This document shows, one piece after another, positions 1-9,629 of a stretch of 64,000 bases of DNA; the first letter of the stretch is position 1, and every line of letters begins with the position of its first letter. Where the stretch lies: contig CAMYMV010000002.1 in assembly GCA_947259585.1 (NCBI GenBank), positions 3,925-67,924 of the forward strand, in the 5' to 3' direction. The stretch is from an uncultured Gemmatimonadales bacterium. Lineage in GTDB: Bacteria; Gemmatimonadota; Gemmatimonadetes; Palauibacterales; Palauibacteraceae. Made by a program: the position numbers and the translations under genes. The notes under the pieces are model-generated. The model saw only the letters and a program-made list of their open reading frames with translations. It was not told the DNA's origin and made no database searches.

Positions 1-1590
1 GAGAAGCCGGAGGGCGCCGACTGGGGTGAGCCGTTTGTCGCTATCGACGAGCTGGAGTTCCGCTCGGACGGCGACGGCTACCTGGAGGAGGGCTACTCTC
101 AGCTGTTCGTGCTCCCGGCCGATGGAGGTACGCCGCGCCAGCTGACGGCGGGACCGTTCAATCATGACGGCGCGATCCAGTGGACGCCGGACGGCCGCTC
201 GCTGATCGTCTCTGCCCAGCGGCAGGAGGATTGGAAGTACTCACCCCGAGATACGGAGATCTACGAGGTCTCGGTCGCGGACGGCTCGGCGCGTCCCCTT
301 TCCAAGCGGTTCGGCCCCGACTCGGATCCCGTCGTCTCGCCGGATGGCTCGGCGATCGCTTACGTGGGCTTCGACGACCGGTACCAGGGTTACCAGGTCA
401 CCGAGCTGTACGTGATGGACCGCGACGGCGGGAACGTCCGCAGCCTCACGGCGAGCCTCGACCGGGATGCCCAGAACCCGGCGTGGAGCGACGACGGTTC
501 GGGGCTTTTCTTCCAGTACGATGATGAAGGAAACACGAAGCTCGCGTTCGTGACCTTGGACGGGAGCGTACGAACGCTGGCGGCGGACGTTGGCGGACTC
601 TCCCTTGGCCGCCCGTACTCGGGAGGCGTGTTCTCGGTCGCGCGCGACGGCCGCTTCGCCTTCACCCTCTCCCGGCCGGACCACCCGGCAGACGTGGCCG
701 TGGGCGGTCCTGGCATCGAGTCCCCGCGACGTCTGACGGCGCTCAACGACGACCTCCTGTCGCACAAGCAACTGGCCGAGGTCGAGGAGCTCTGGTCCGA
801 GTCCTCCTACGACGGTCGCCGGATCCAGGCCTGGATCGCCAAGCCGCCGAGCTTCGACCCCACACGCACGTACCCCCTCGTCCTCGAGATCCACGGCGGA
901 CCCTTCGCCAACTACGGCGACCGCTTCTCGGCCGAGGTTCAGCTGTACGCGGCCGCCGGTTACGTCGTGCTCTACGTGAACCCACGTGGCTCGACGAGCT
1001 ACGGCGGCGAATTCGGCAACCTAATTCACCACGCCTATCCGAGTCAGGACTACGATGACCTGATGTCGAGCGTGGACGCGGTCATCGAGCTTGGCTACGT
1101 GGATGAAGACAACCTGTTTGTCACCGGCGGGAGCGGCGGAGGGGTGCTGACCGCATGGATCGTGGGCAAGACGGACCGGTTCCGGGCCGCGGTATCAGCC
1201 AAGCCGGTCATCAACTGGTACAGCTTCGTGCTCACCGCCGACCGGACGTCGTTCTTCTCGCGCTGGTGGTTTCCCGGGCCTCCGTGGGAGCACGCCGAGC
1301 ACTACATGGCGCGCTCGCCCCTCTCACTGGTCGGGAACGTGACGACGCCGACCATGCTGCTGACGGGAGAGGAAGACTACCGGACGCCGATCTCGGAGAG
1401 CGAGCAGTTCTACACGGCACTCAAGCTGCGAAAAGTCCCCACGATGCTCGTCCGGATCCCCGACGCCTCGCACGGGATCGCGTCCAAGCCAAGCAACCTG
1501 ATGGCCAAGGTCGCTTACATCCTCGGTTGGTTCGACCGTTACAGGACGGCTCCGCGGCAAACGGCGGCCGCCGACGGCACGGCGCCCTGA
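1..1590 (+). CDS. S9 family serine peptidase (prolyl oligopeptidase / acylaminoacyl-peptidase type; beta-propeller + alpha/beta hydrolase), 5' end truncated by window edge
   Basis: The reading frame is open from nt 1 through the listed 109 start, so the gene continues upstream. C-terminal hydrolase domain has the GGSGGG nucleophile elbow (VTGGSGGGVL) and a downstream Asp/His (DASHGI) typical of the S9 triad. N-terminal WD/propeller-like repeats. Confidence 0.85.
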   Translation, partial: EKPEGADWGEPFVAIDELEFRSDGDGYLEEGYSQLFVLPADGGTPRQLTAGPFNHDGAIQWTPDGRSLIVSAQRQEDWKYSPRDTEIYEVSVADGSARPLSKRFGPDSDPVVSPDGSAIAYVGFDDRYQGYQVTELYVMDRDGGNVRSLTASLDRDAQNPAWSDDGSGLFFQYDDEGNTKLAFVTLDGSVRTLAADVGGLSLGRPYSGGVFSVARDGRFAFTLSRPDHPADVAVGGPGIESPRRLTALNDDLLSHKQLAEVEELWSESSYDGRRIQAWIAKPPSFDPTRTYPLVLEIHGGPFANYGDRFSAEVQLYAAAGYVVLYVNPRGSTSYGGEFGNLIHHAYPSQDYDDLMSSVDAVIELGYVDEDNLFVTGGSGGGVLTAWIVGKTDRFRAAVSAKPVINWYSFVLTADRTSFFSRWWFPGPPWEHAEHYMARSPLSLVGNVTTPTMLLTGEEDYRTPISESEQFYTALKLRKVPTMLVRIPDASHGIASKPSNLMAKVAYILGWFDRYRTAPRQTAAADGTAP

Positions 1591-1612
1591 GCTGGGTGAG
1601 ACGCCGCGTCCG

Positions 1613-3127
1613 ATGACGAGTCCGCGCACCAGCCCACCGACGCCCGGCGTTTTGCCATCGGCACCGGCGCCGCTGCAAGGCGGCGCGCTCCGCGAGCGGA
1701 TCGCGGAGCTGGAAGCCGCGGCGAATCGTCTGGAGCCGGGGCCGGTCGACCGGGAGTCTCTCCGGGCTGCCGTCATCGGCCACTCCGAGGAGTTCTACGC
1801 CGGCTTGGAGGAAGCGCTCACCTACCGTGTCACCGAGGACAAGGGGGCGGGCCTTCTGAAGGTGCCGATTCCGGAAAAGGGGATCGGGATCGAACAGGCG
1901 CTCGAGATCATCGGAGAGCACGTGGACCGCCCCGGCCTCAACCCCGCGTCGGGCGGCCACATGGCGTACGTGCCCGGCGGCGGCGTCTTCGCCTCCTCAC
2001 TAGGGGACTACCTGGCGGACGTCGGAAACCACTACTCCGGCGTCTTTTACGCGACTCCGGGGGCGGTGCGCCTCGAGAACCTCCTGGTCCGCTGGATGGC
2101 CGATCTCGTGGGCTATCCGGACTCGGCGCTCGGTACGCTCTCGTCCGGGGGATCGATCGCCAACCTCACCGCGATCGTGGCGGCCCGCGATGCCAAGGGG
2201 GTCCGCCCTGGAGACGTGGAGCGCTCCCCGGTCTACATAACCCGTCAGGTCCACCACTGCGTAACCAAGGCGATGCGCCTGGCGGGATTGGGCGAGGCCC
2301 CGATCCGGGCGGTTCCTCTGGACGACAGGTACCGGATGCGGGCGGACGAGCTGGCACGTCTGGTCGAAGAGGACCGCGATGCCGGCCTTCGGCCCTGGAT
2401 GGTCGTGGCGTCTTCGGGAACGACGGACACGGGAGCGATCGACCCGGTCGACGAGATCGCGGACGTCGCGGAAGCCGAGGACCTCTGGCTCCACGTCGAC
2501 GCGGCCTACGGCGGCTTCTTCCTCCTCACGGAGCTCGGGAGGGAGCTGATCCGGGGCCTGGAGCGCTCGGACTCCATCGTGATGGACCCTCACAAGGGCC
2601 TCTTCCTGCCCTACGGGACCGGCGCCCTGATCGTGAAGGATGGGGAGCTGCTGGCCCGCTCGCAGCATTACGAGGCCAACTACCTGCAGGACGCGCTCAG
2701 CTCCACCGAGGAGATCTCGCCGGCTGACCTCTCACCGGAGCTGACCCGCCACTTCCGCGGCCTGCGGATGTGGATGCCGCTCGTGCTTCACGGCCTGGCC
2801 CCTTTTCGCGCCGCCCTCGAGGAGAAGATCCAGCTCTGCCGCTACTTCTACGAGGAGTTGGGGAGGATCTCGGGGATGGAGCGCGGTCCCTACCCCGAGC
2901 TGTCGGTGGCCCTCTACCGCTACGTCCCGGGCGCGGGCGACCCCAACGAGTTCAACGCCCGCCTGATCCGGGAGGTGCAGCGGGACGGCCGCATCTTCCT
3001 CTCCTCGACGACGATCGACGACGTCTTCTGGCTCCGGCTCGCCGTCCTCTGCTTCCGCACCCACCGGAGGCACGTGGACATGGCGCTCGAGATTCTGAAG
3101 GACAAGATCGCCACGCTGGAGAGCTGA
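1613..3127 (+). CDS. PLP-dependent group II decarboxylase (aromatic-L-amino-acid / glutamate decarboxylase family), substrate unknown
   Basis: SSGGSIANLTAIVAARD motif and the DPHKGLFLPYGTGALIV PLP-lysine motif characteristic of group II decarboxylases. ATG start 23 nt after the S9 peptidase stop. Confidence 0.85.
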   Translation: MTSPRTSPPTPGVLPSAPAPLQGGALRERIAELEAAANRLEPGPVDRESLRAAVIGHSEEFYAGLEEALTYRVTEDKGAGLLKVPIPEKGIGIEQALEIIGEHVDRPGLNPASGGHMAYVPGGGVFASSLGDYLADVGNHYSGVFYATPGAVRLENLLVRWMADLVGYPDSALGTLSSGGSIANLTAIVAARDAKGVRPGDVERSPVYITRQVHHCVTKAMRLAGLGEAPIRAVPLDDRYRMRADELARLVEEDRDAGLRPWMVVASSGTTDTGAIDPVDEIADVAEAEDLWLHVDAAYGGFFLLTELGRELIRGLERSDSIVMDPHKGLFLPYGTGALIVKDGELLARSQHYEANYLQDALSSTEEISPADLSPELTRHFRGLRMWMPLVLHGLAPFRAALEEKIQLCRYFYEELGRISGMERGPYPELSVALYRYVPGAGDPNEFNARLIREVQRDGRIFLSSTTIDDVFWLRLAVLCFRTHRRHVDMALEILKDKIATLES

Positions 3128-3396
3128 GGCGGGGCGATCCTTCGCTCAGCAGTCCCCGTTGGAATTCTCTCCGCAAATACCGGCTCCATCCGCCAGCTCC
3201 ACGGCTGACCAAGCTCGCCCCCAGGAATCCCCGCCAGCTTGGACCCCCGGGGCACCATGATCCGTTCCGGTTCCGTTTTTCGCACACCAGCGGGGGCGGT
3301 TCCTTCGGGGCCGCCCCTCGGCCATCTCACTTGAAGATTGTGCGCCGCAGACCCGTCCCATTCACGGTTCTGACTACTTCTCCCGGCCTCGGCAGC

Positions 3397-6300
3397 TCAC
3401 CCCGCGTGAGCCATGATCTCGTCGAGGCGCTTCCGCGCGGCCTCGACCCTGGGCTGCAGTTCAAGATCGGCACCATCCCACAACTCGACGAAGCGGGCGT
3501 AGTGCTCGGCCGCCTTCGCCCAGTCCCCGCGATCGTAGTACAGCTGTCCCAGGCGCTCGAGGGTGGGGCCGAGGTGGGCGTGGTCTGTGCGGCCGAAGCG
3601 CCCCACGTGGTTTGCAGTCAGGTACCGTTCCAGAAGCGCGATCACCGAATCCGGCTCGCCCGCGGCATCGTAGCTTCGGATCAAGCCCGGAAGCGCGCAG
3701 GTCAAACACTCGCCGATATCCGAGGCGCGGAACTCCCTAATCGCCTCAACGTGGCGACCGTCAGCTAACGCGAGCTCACCTCTCGCCCGGGCATACGCCG
3801 CTCTCGCTGGCCCGCGGAGCCGCGGCTCCACGACCGACTCGTACTCCGAGAGCATGGCCTGCGCGAGATCTGTGCGTCCGGCTTGTGCATACAGCTCCGC
3901 GAGGCGCAGATACGGCCTGTCCAGTGGGTCGAGGGCGCCCAGTGGGGCCTCCCGAAGTACCCCCTCGATTCCTCGCACGGCACGAGGCGCGTCCCGGCGC
4001 GCGAACAGGTCTCGCTCGGCGAGATCGAGGGCGTCTCTCAGGTAAACCTCGTGCGACCCTTCTGCCTCCGCCGCGTCCATGTCATCCCGGACTAACAGCT
4101 CGGCCTCGTCGAGCTGGCCGCGCAAGGCAAACATGTGGGCGAGGCGTTGTCTGACGCGGGCTCGCGCGTCGGTCCTGGCGCGAAGCAACGCCTCCCAGTG
4201 CTGTCGCGCAGTCACGTCATCACCCTGCGCATGCGCCAGGACCGCAAGGCTGGCCACCGCGTGTGGGAAGGTGTCTGCCTCCACCGAGGCCCACCCGCAG
4301 TCTTCCATAACGGCGTTCGCGTCCTCGAACCTCCCGAGAACCACCTCGATCTGGACAAGAACCCAATGTCCGCTCCAGCATGGCGGCCCCGGGTAGTCGG
4401 CAATCGTTGGTCGCAGGATCTCGCCGGCGCGCTCCCACCGGCGAAGCCTCATATACTGAATGGCCATGTTTGATCTGGCTGCCTTGTCGAACCAGTTGCG
4501 ATCGTCCGGGAAGACGGCCAAGTAGTTCTCGTGCGCCGCGATCGCCTTCTCGAGTTCCCCCGTAACGGTGCGGTAGTAGGTGGCTTCAACGAGGTAGCGC
4601 TCCCGTTGCGGGAGCCGATCTCGCAGCTCGAAAGCCCGCGTGAGCGTCCGCACCTGCCTCGTTCGAGCTTCGCCCCGGTTGTTGAGTGCCACGCCGAGTG
4701 CTCGCCACGCCATAGCGAACTCGCTGTCCAGCCCGATCGCCTCCTCGAGGAGCCCGATCTCTCGGTCCGTCCCCCAGGCACGCCTGCTCTGTGCGTACTT
4801 TTGTAGCGCCTCGAACGAGCTCGTGGTCACCTCTGGAAGAGCCTGCGCCTGCCGCAGCGACTTGAGCGGCTCGCCGACGCGCTCCCGAAGTCCCTTCGAC
4901 AGGCGATCGATGGCCGGTATGAGCTCGTCTTCATTCGCCGCGGCCTCTCGACGAGAGATCAAGATTCGTTGCGGCTCGGGCGAGAGTAGCTGTGTAGTCA
5001 CTACGTAGCCGCTGCCCACTTTGCGGATCTCGCCGCCGATGACCGCCGGCATCGCCCCTCGGATCGCTACCTCACGGGCGGTCTCCAGGTCAAGCGCGGC
5101 CTGCTGCGGCCTCTCCATGAGTCTTAAGATCTCCCTGATCCGGCCCGGCTCGGCGAGCGCGACGGTCGGCGACTGGGACAGGTCGATCCTGAGGGCCTCG
5201 GTCACCGTGCGGGCGAGCGCCGAGTCCTCCGGGGCACCGGCGAAGTCGGCCAACAAAAGCTCGGCGTCCGCCTGCAGTTCGTTCCGTGCGATCAAAGTGC
5301 CGGCCGGCCCGATCCCGATCGTCCGCATCGCCACGAACCCTGCTGTCACCACAGCCAGGAGCGCCAAGGCGAACGCGGAGGCGAGACCGGCATTCCGCCA
5401 GGTGAGCCGATGCCGGTCGACGGTGCCGGCCGTGGCTGTTCGTCTGCCGCGCACTAAACCGGTCACGAGGAGCAGCGGAAGAATAGCCAGGAGAACCAGC
5501 AACAGGCTGCGCCCAAACCAGAGGGGCAGGCCCACCAGATCCGCCAGGCTCCCCGCGAGCTCGTAGATGACCCAGCTCGCGATCCCCCACCCGGCCAGGA
5601 CCTGCCAAACCGATCGACGGTGGATCGCGTTGAGTAACTTCACGAGCGCCGACGGCGCGCTCCGGCCAAGCAGTCGATCCGCACCCTGCTCGCGTGCCTC
5701 CGGCTCCTTGGCCAGCAGGCGGAGCACGATCTCCTGAAGCTCCGGTGCTAGGTGCTTGCGGAGCTGGGCCGGCGGCGTCGGCGTCTCGTTTCGTATCGCC
5801 TGCAGGATCACGCGGTCGTTCTCGCCGCGGAAGGGCCGGCGGCCGGTCAGCATCTCGTAGAGCACGACGCCCAGCGACCAGAAATCGGTGCGCTGGTCGA
5901 CCTCATCGCCGCGCGTCTGCTCCGGCGACATGTAGGCGATCGTTCCCAGCCTCAGGCCCGGCCCGGTCAGGCTCAGGTCCTCCGTCTTGGCGAGCCCAAA
6001 GTCGAGGATCTTGAGCCCTCCGTCCTCGGTGACGATCAGATTGGCCGGCTTGATGTCGCGGTGTACGATTCCTCGTGCGTGGGCAGCCGCCAGGCCCCTT
6101 GCCGCCTGCGCAGCGAGGTCCAGCGCCTCGTCCTCGGGCAGGGGCCCCCGCTCGATCTTCTCCTTGATCGTCTCGCCCTCATAGAACGCCATGGCGATGA
6201 ACGGGCGGCCGCCCTCGGTCTCGCCGACTTCGTGGATCGTGCAGATGTTGGGATGCTCCAGGGCTGCCGCAGACCGGGCCTCTTGGAGGAACCTCTCCTT

Positions 6301-6705
6301 GATGGTTCGGTGGAGCGCCCACTGAGGTGGCAGGAACTTGAGCGCGACGGGACGGCTTAACCGCTTATCAACCGCCCGATAGAGGACACCCATGCCGCCG
6401 ACGGCTAGCAGCTCTTGGACGCGATAGCCGGAGACGTCGTGACCGATGAGGTTGTGCGGATCTTCAGGCTGGTACGTCCCGGCTTCGGCGCTAACGGGCT
6501 CGAAGCTGGCGAGCGAGACCACCGCCTCCAGTGGCTCCAGGATCGCGTCGGCTTCGTCGTCGGCCGAGAGAAGGCTCGCCACGCCCGAGGCGAGCTCCGA
6601 ATCCTCGTTCGACACGAGAGCAAGCCTGGCCGCGCGCTCCTGCGGCGCCAGCGCAATGAGCTCGTCGAATAGGTCGAGAGCTTCTTCCCAGCGATCGGGG
6701 GTCAA
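3397..6705 (-). CDS. Hanks-type Ser/Thr protein kinase with transmembrane segments and a C-terminal TPR-repeat domain
   Basis: Kinase subdomains are present: GxGxxG (LAVGGMGVLY), VAIK-like ALKFL, HRDIKPANLIV, DFGLAK, GTIAYMSPEQ. They are followed by hydrophobic helices and ~500 aa of TPR-like repeats. Start re-assigned to the TTG giving MTPDRWEEALDLFDEL, the canonical N-terminus of sigma-linked kinases. This TTG overlaps the stop of the upstream sigma gene (TTGA). The ORF-track N-terminal extension (to 6987) overlaps the sigma gene and is rejected. Confidence 0.85.
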   Translation of the reverse strand: MTPDRWEEALDLFDELIALAPQERAARLALVSNEDSELASGVASLLSADDEADAILEPLEAVVSLASFEPVSAEAGTYQPEDPHNLIGHDVSGYRVQELLAVGGMGVLYRAVDKRLSRPVALKFLPPQWALHRTIKERFLQEARSAAALEHPNICTIHEVGETEGGRPFIAMAFYEGETIKEKIERGPLPEDEALDLAAQAARGLAAAHARGIVHRDIKPANLIVTEDGGLKILDFGLAKTEDLSLTGPGLRLGTIAYMSPEQTRGDEVDQRTDFWSLGVVLYEMLTGRRPFRGENDRVILQAIRNETPTPPAQLRKHLAPELQEIVLRLLAKEPEAREQGADRLLGRSAPSALVKLLNAIHRRSVWQVLAGWGIASWVIYELAGSLADLVGLPLWFGRSLLLVLLAILPLLLVTGLVRGRRTATAGTVDRHRLTWRNAGLASAFALALLAVVTAGFVAMRTIGIGPAGTLIARNELQADAELLLADFAGAPEDSALARTVTEALRIDLSQSPTVALAEPGRIREILRLMERPQQAALDLETAREVAIRGAMPAVIGGEIRKVGSGYVVTTQLLSPEPQRILISRREAAANEDELIPAIDRLSKGLRERVGEPLKSLRQAQALPEVTTSSFEALQKYAQSRRAWGTDREIGLLEEAIGLDSEFAMAWRALGVALNNRGEARTRQVRTLTRAFELRDRLPQRERYLVEATYYRTVTGELEKAIAAHENYLAVFPDDRNWFDKAARSNMAIQYMRLRRWERAGEILRPTIADYPGPPCWSGHWVLVQIEVVLGRFEDANAVMEDCGWASVEADTFPHAVASLAVLAHAQGDDVTARQHWEALLRARTDARARVRQRLAHMFALRGQLDEAELLVRDDMDAAEAEGSHEVYLRDALDLAERDLFARRDAPRAVRGIEGVLREAPLGALDPLDRPYLRLAELYAQAGRTDLAQAMLSEYESVVEPRLRGPARAAYARARGELALADGRHVEAIREFRASDIGECLTCALPGLIRSYDAAGEPDSVIALLERYLTANHVGRFGRTDHAHLGPTLERLGQLYYDRGDWAKAAEHYARFVELWDGADLELQPRVEAARKRLDEIMAHAG

Positions 6706-7298
6706 GTGGCAGAAGCCGTTTCGAATCCGCCGGCCGTTCCCGGCGAAAGCTCTATGGCCAGCCACGCTCTTGCCGAGCGCAGCTCCCGCTTCACGGTCGG
6801 TATCGAGACGCCGAGCGCCTCCGCGCAGTCCTCCAGCTTGAGTCCGCCGAAGTAGCGTTGCTCGAGCAGCCGGCAGCGCCTGGGACTGACATCCTCCAAT
6901 CGGATCAGCGCCAGATCGAGCTCTTCTATGACATCGGCGTGCGATTCGATCATCTGCAGGTCGTCCTGGAACTCGAGCTTGACCCATCCACCGCCGCGCT
7001 TGGCAGCGTCGCGGCGTCGAGCGTAATCGACCAAAACCCTCCGCATCACCCGCGAGGCGAGCGCCAGGAAGTGTGCCCGGTCCTGCAGGTCGACGTCGTG
7101 GAGGTCGAGAAGACGGAGGTAGGCTTCGTGAACGAGGCCCGTGGTGTTGAGGGTGTGATCCGACCTCTCGGCGACCACCCGCTTGTGGGCGAGGAGCCGA
7201 AGTTCCTCGTAGACGAGCGGGACGAGCTCATCGAGAGCCTGGCGTTCGCCGCCGCTCGCCCTTCTCAGGAGTCCGCTGATTTTCGAGTCAGCTGGCAT
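6702..7298 (-). CDS. ECF-type RNA polymerase sigma-70 factor (kinase-associated subgroup)
   Basis: Conserved region 2 (DELVPLVYEELRLLAHKRV...LVHEAYLRLLD) and region 4 HTH (LEDCAEALGVSIPTVKRELRSARAWL). GGAG RBS upstream of the ATG. Immediately upstream of, and overlapping, the kinase gene. Confidence 0.85.
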   Translation of the reverse strand: MPADSKISGLLRRASGGERQALDELVPLVYEELRLLAHKRVVAERSDHTLNTTGLVHEAYLRLLDLHDVDLQDRAHFLALASRVMRRVLVDYARRRDAAKRGGGWVKLEFQDDLQMIESHADVIEELDLALIRLEDVSPRRCRLLEQRYFGGLKLEDCAEALGVSIPTVKRELRSARAWLAIELSPGTAGGFETASAT

Positions 7299-7563
7299 GT
7301 TACAACTCCAGAGTACCGCACACGATGAAGCGGAAGAATCTACGCAAAACTGGCGCCCTTGTCGCCAGGAGTCTCCCCGGCAACAGCCTGAAATCTCCGG
7401 CCATGATCCCTTTCGGCCCCGTTTTGCGCATAGAGGACGAGTAGAGGTCGGTTACCGCACTCTCTCACCGCGCCGGCAAGCGATGTCCTTCGAGGACGCC
7501 TGACCGTCGGCGCAACACCACACCGCCGACGGTAACGCAAACCGTGGAACAGGAGGTGCTATC

Positions 7564-8112
7564 ATGCGCTGGCTTCGCATCATCCCTTGCGTGGCGCTAA
7601 CCGCAATGCTGGCAGGTGCTTGCGACGGAACGCCGGTGGATCCTCCACCCGACGAGTTCGCGGCCATCTTCAAGAGCGGCAAGGGCGCCGTGATCCACAA
7701 GGACGAGATCGGGTGCGGCGTGCTCGACGCGGCGGGGAACTGGTTTCCCGAGAACTACTTAGAGCCGCCGGATTTCCCCGCGCTGCCATGCGGAACGGAG
7801 GTCGCGACCAACAGCAAGAACCTCAACGCCAGCATAACCGTTCATGCGTCGGGTGTTCCTAACCCGACGGGAAAGACCGTAAAATGGGGGCCCTGGAACA
7901 CGGAAGGGACGGACTGGGCAGCCGGGTACCCCGAGCTCACGGGACCGCCGTACCCATGCTTCCTCTTGGGGACGGACTACGACCTCGACAACCCCATCTT
8001 TACGGTTAAGTGGAAGCAAACCCTGACGCCTAGCGGTCAAGCCACGCTCTCCTGCCAGTACAGCAAGAAGTGGGAGTTCAACTGCGAGGATTGGGGCAAT
8101 TGCGGGGATTGA
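7564..8112 (+). CDS. Cys-rich hypothetical lipoprotein
   Basis: AGGAGG RBS. Lipoprotein signal peptide MRWLRIIPCVALTAMLAGAC. 8 additional Cys. No recognisable catalytic motif. Confidence 0.6.
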   Translation: MRWLRIIPCVALTAMLAGACDGTPVDPPPDEFAAIFKSGKGAVIHKDEIGCGVLDAAGNWFPENYLEPPDFPALPCGTEVATNSKNLNASITVHASGVPNPTGKTVKWGPWNTEGTDWAAGYPELTGPPYPCFLLGTDYDLDNPIFTVKWKQTLTPSGQATLSCQYSKKWEFNCEDWGNCGD

Positions 8113-8377
8113 CGTTGCAGAATCGGGTCCCTGGCCAGTCCAAGCTTTACCTTAGGAGAAGGCAAGCGCCCGGCTCACGCCGGGCGCTTCGCTTGCGGGG
8201 GCTTTCTGCGCCCACCCTCCCGAGCTTCGGACCACGGTTGAATAAGGCATAGCATCGGGGGATTCCCCACAGAATCCGTCCAGAACTTCGCGACTGGCTC
8301 GGTCGGTGAGCGAGCCGAACGATAAAGGACTGGGACGAGGTGTTTGTGTGGAAGGACAGCCCCACCCGGAGGCGGAC

Positions 8378-8767
8378 ATGACTTTTCGGAATCTGCTCAT
8401 CTCCAAAGCCGTTGTGTGCCTGGCGTTCGGCCTGCTTCTGCTTCTCGTACCCGTGACTCTGCTGGCCATCCTCGGCGCGGAGCTCGGCGCCGCCGGCACT
8501 TTCACGGCACGGGAGTATGGTGCGGCGCTGATCGGTGCCCTCTTTCTGATGTGGTTCGCGAAGGATGTCCAGGCCCCCGACGCGCGGCTCGCGATTCTCC
8601 TCTACCTGCTTGTCTACGACGCGATCGGCGTGATCATTACGGTACCGGCCGTCCTGTCGGGCGTGCTCAACGCGCTCGGCTGGGGCATAGCCCTGGTTTA
8701 CCTGTTCTTCACCGTGGGCGCGGGTTATGTGCTGGGTCGGGAGCGGAAACCCATCGCCACCAGCTAG
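8378..8767 (+). CDS. Small integral membrane protein (about 4 TM helices), unknown function
   Basis: Hydrophobic helices throughout. Start taken at the internal ATG (MTFRNLL), which has a GGAGG RBS 8 nt upstream, rather than the listed GTG at 8306. Confidence 0.5.
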   Translation: MTFRNLLISKAVVCLAFGLLLLLVPVTLLAILGAELGAAGTFTAREYGAALIGALFLMWFAKDVQAPDARLAILLYLLVYDAIGVIITVPAVLSGVLNALGWGIALVYLFFTVGAGYVLGRERKPIATS

Positions 8768-9056
8768 AGGGCACGGCCGCCGCGAGCTAGAGGCCACGGC
8801 CGTCGGCTGAGAATCGAGGATCTCCCGACTGGCGCTGGACGCGTGGTGGCAAGAAGGTGTAGACAAGGCCAAAGCGGCATAGGCCACGTCCGCACCTTAG
8901 GTGTGCCATGCACCCGGTCGCCTCGCACGTTGTCTGTAGCTCGACTGCCCGATCCCCGGTCAGCCCGCCACCCGAATCATCCCGATTCCGAAGAGCCAAG
9001 GCTCGCGAAGCTCGGGTGCATGCCCCACGGCTCGCACCGAGAAGGAGGTACCGAAG

Positions 9057-9383
9057 ATGTCAGCCAAGATCCTGCAGCTCAACTTCAAGTTCAACGTTCC
9101 GCGGGCGGACTACGAGGGGGCCGTCTCGCCGCTTGCGAACGATTTCGCGGAAGTGCCCGGTCTCCTGTGGAAGATCTGGCTGATGAACGAAGCGGGGAGC
9201 GAGGCGGGAGGGATCTACTTGTTCGACGATGAATCCACTCTGACGGCCTACCTCGAGGGTCCGCTCGCGAGCGCGGTGAAGACCCATCCCGCCCTCTCCG
9301 ACCTGAGCGCGAAGCAGTTCGATGTGATGGATAAGCTGACCGCGATCACGAGGGGGCCCGTCGAGGCGGAGAGGATGGCGTGA
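9057..9383 (+). CDS. YdhR-family putative monooxygenase (dimeric alpha+beta barrel)
   Basis: Strong resemblance to the YdhR N-terminus and core (LQLNFKFN...LLWKIWLMNE..AGGIYLFDDESTLTAYLE). AGGAGG RBS. Confidence 0.7.
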   Translation: MSAKILQLNFKFNVPRADYEGAVSPLANDFAEVPGLLWKIWLMNEAGSEAGGIYLFDDESTLTAYLEGPLASAVKTHPALSDLSAKQFDVMDKLTAITRGPVEAERMA

Positions 9384-9571
9384 AGCCGTTCACCATGATC
9401 ACCGTCGCCCTGCTGGCGATCATCGCGTGCGCTCATCTGCTGCGCGCGATCCTGGGGTGGGAGATCGTCATCGACGCCTTCGTCTTGCCGATTTGGCCGA
9501 GCGTGCTGGTCTTCCTGGCCTTGGGCTGGCTGGCCGCTGGGCTCTGGCGAGAGGCGAAGCGCGGACATTAG
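9380..9571 (+). CDS. Small 2-TM membrane protein, start overlaps the ydhR-like stop (GTGA)
   Basis: Two hydrophobic helices. 4-nt overlap suggests translational coupling. Could be spurious. Confidence 0.4.
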   Translation: MKPFTMITVALLAIIACAHLLRAILGWEIVIDAFVLPIWPSVLVFLALGWLAAGLWREAKRGH

Positions 9572-9629
9572 GCGACATGGCTTGGCGCTCGGCATTGCGC
9601 GAGACAACCGAGAACCCGGGGGGGCGGCC

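Noticed and set aside
180-1960. Multiple overlapping ORFs (180..524, 241..894, 390..767, 743..985, 1155..1616, 1232..1420, 1324..1776, 1421..1960) inside or antisense to the S9 peptidase and decarboxylase genes
   Set aside because: Arg/Pro/Gly-rich translations typical of alternative frames in high-GC DNA. They overlap well-supported genes.
3283-3320. GC hairpin (GGGGGCGG...CCGCCCC) in the convergent gap between the decarboxylase and kinase
   Set aside because: The T-run precedes rather than follows the stem on the plus strand, and the minus-strand reading gives an A-run. Not a convincing terminator for either gene.
6706-6987. N-terminal 94-aa extension of the kinase ORF
   Set aside because: Overlaps the sigma-factor gene. 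The canonical kinase N-terminus begins at the TTG at 6705.
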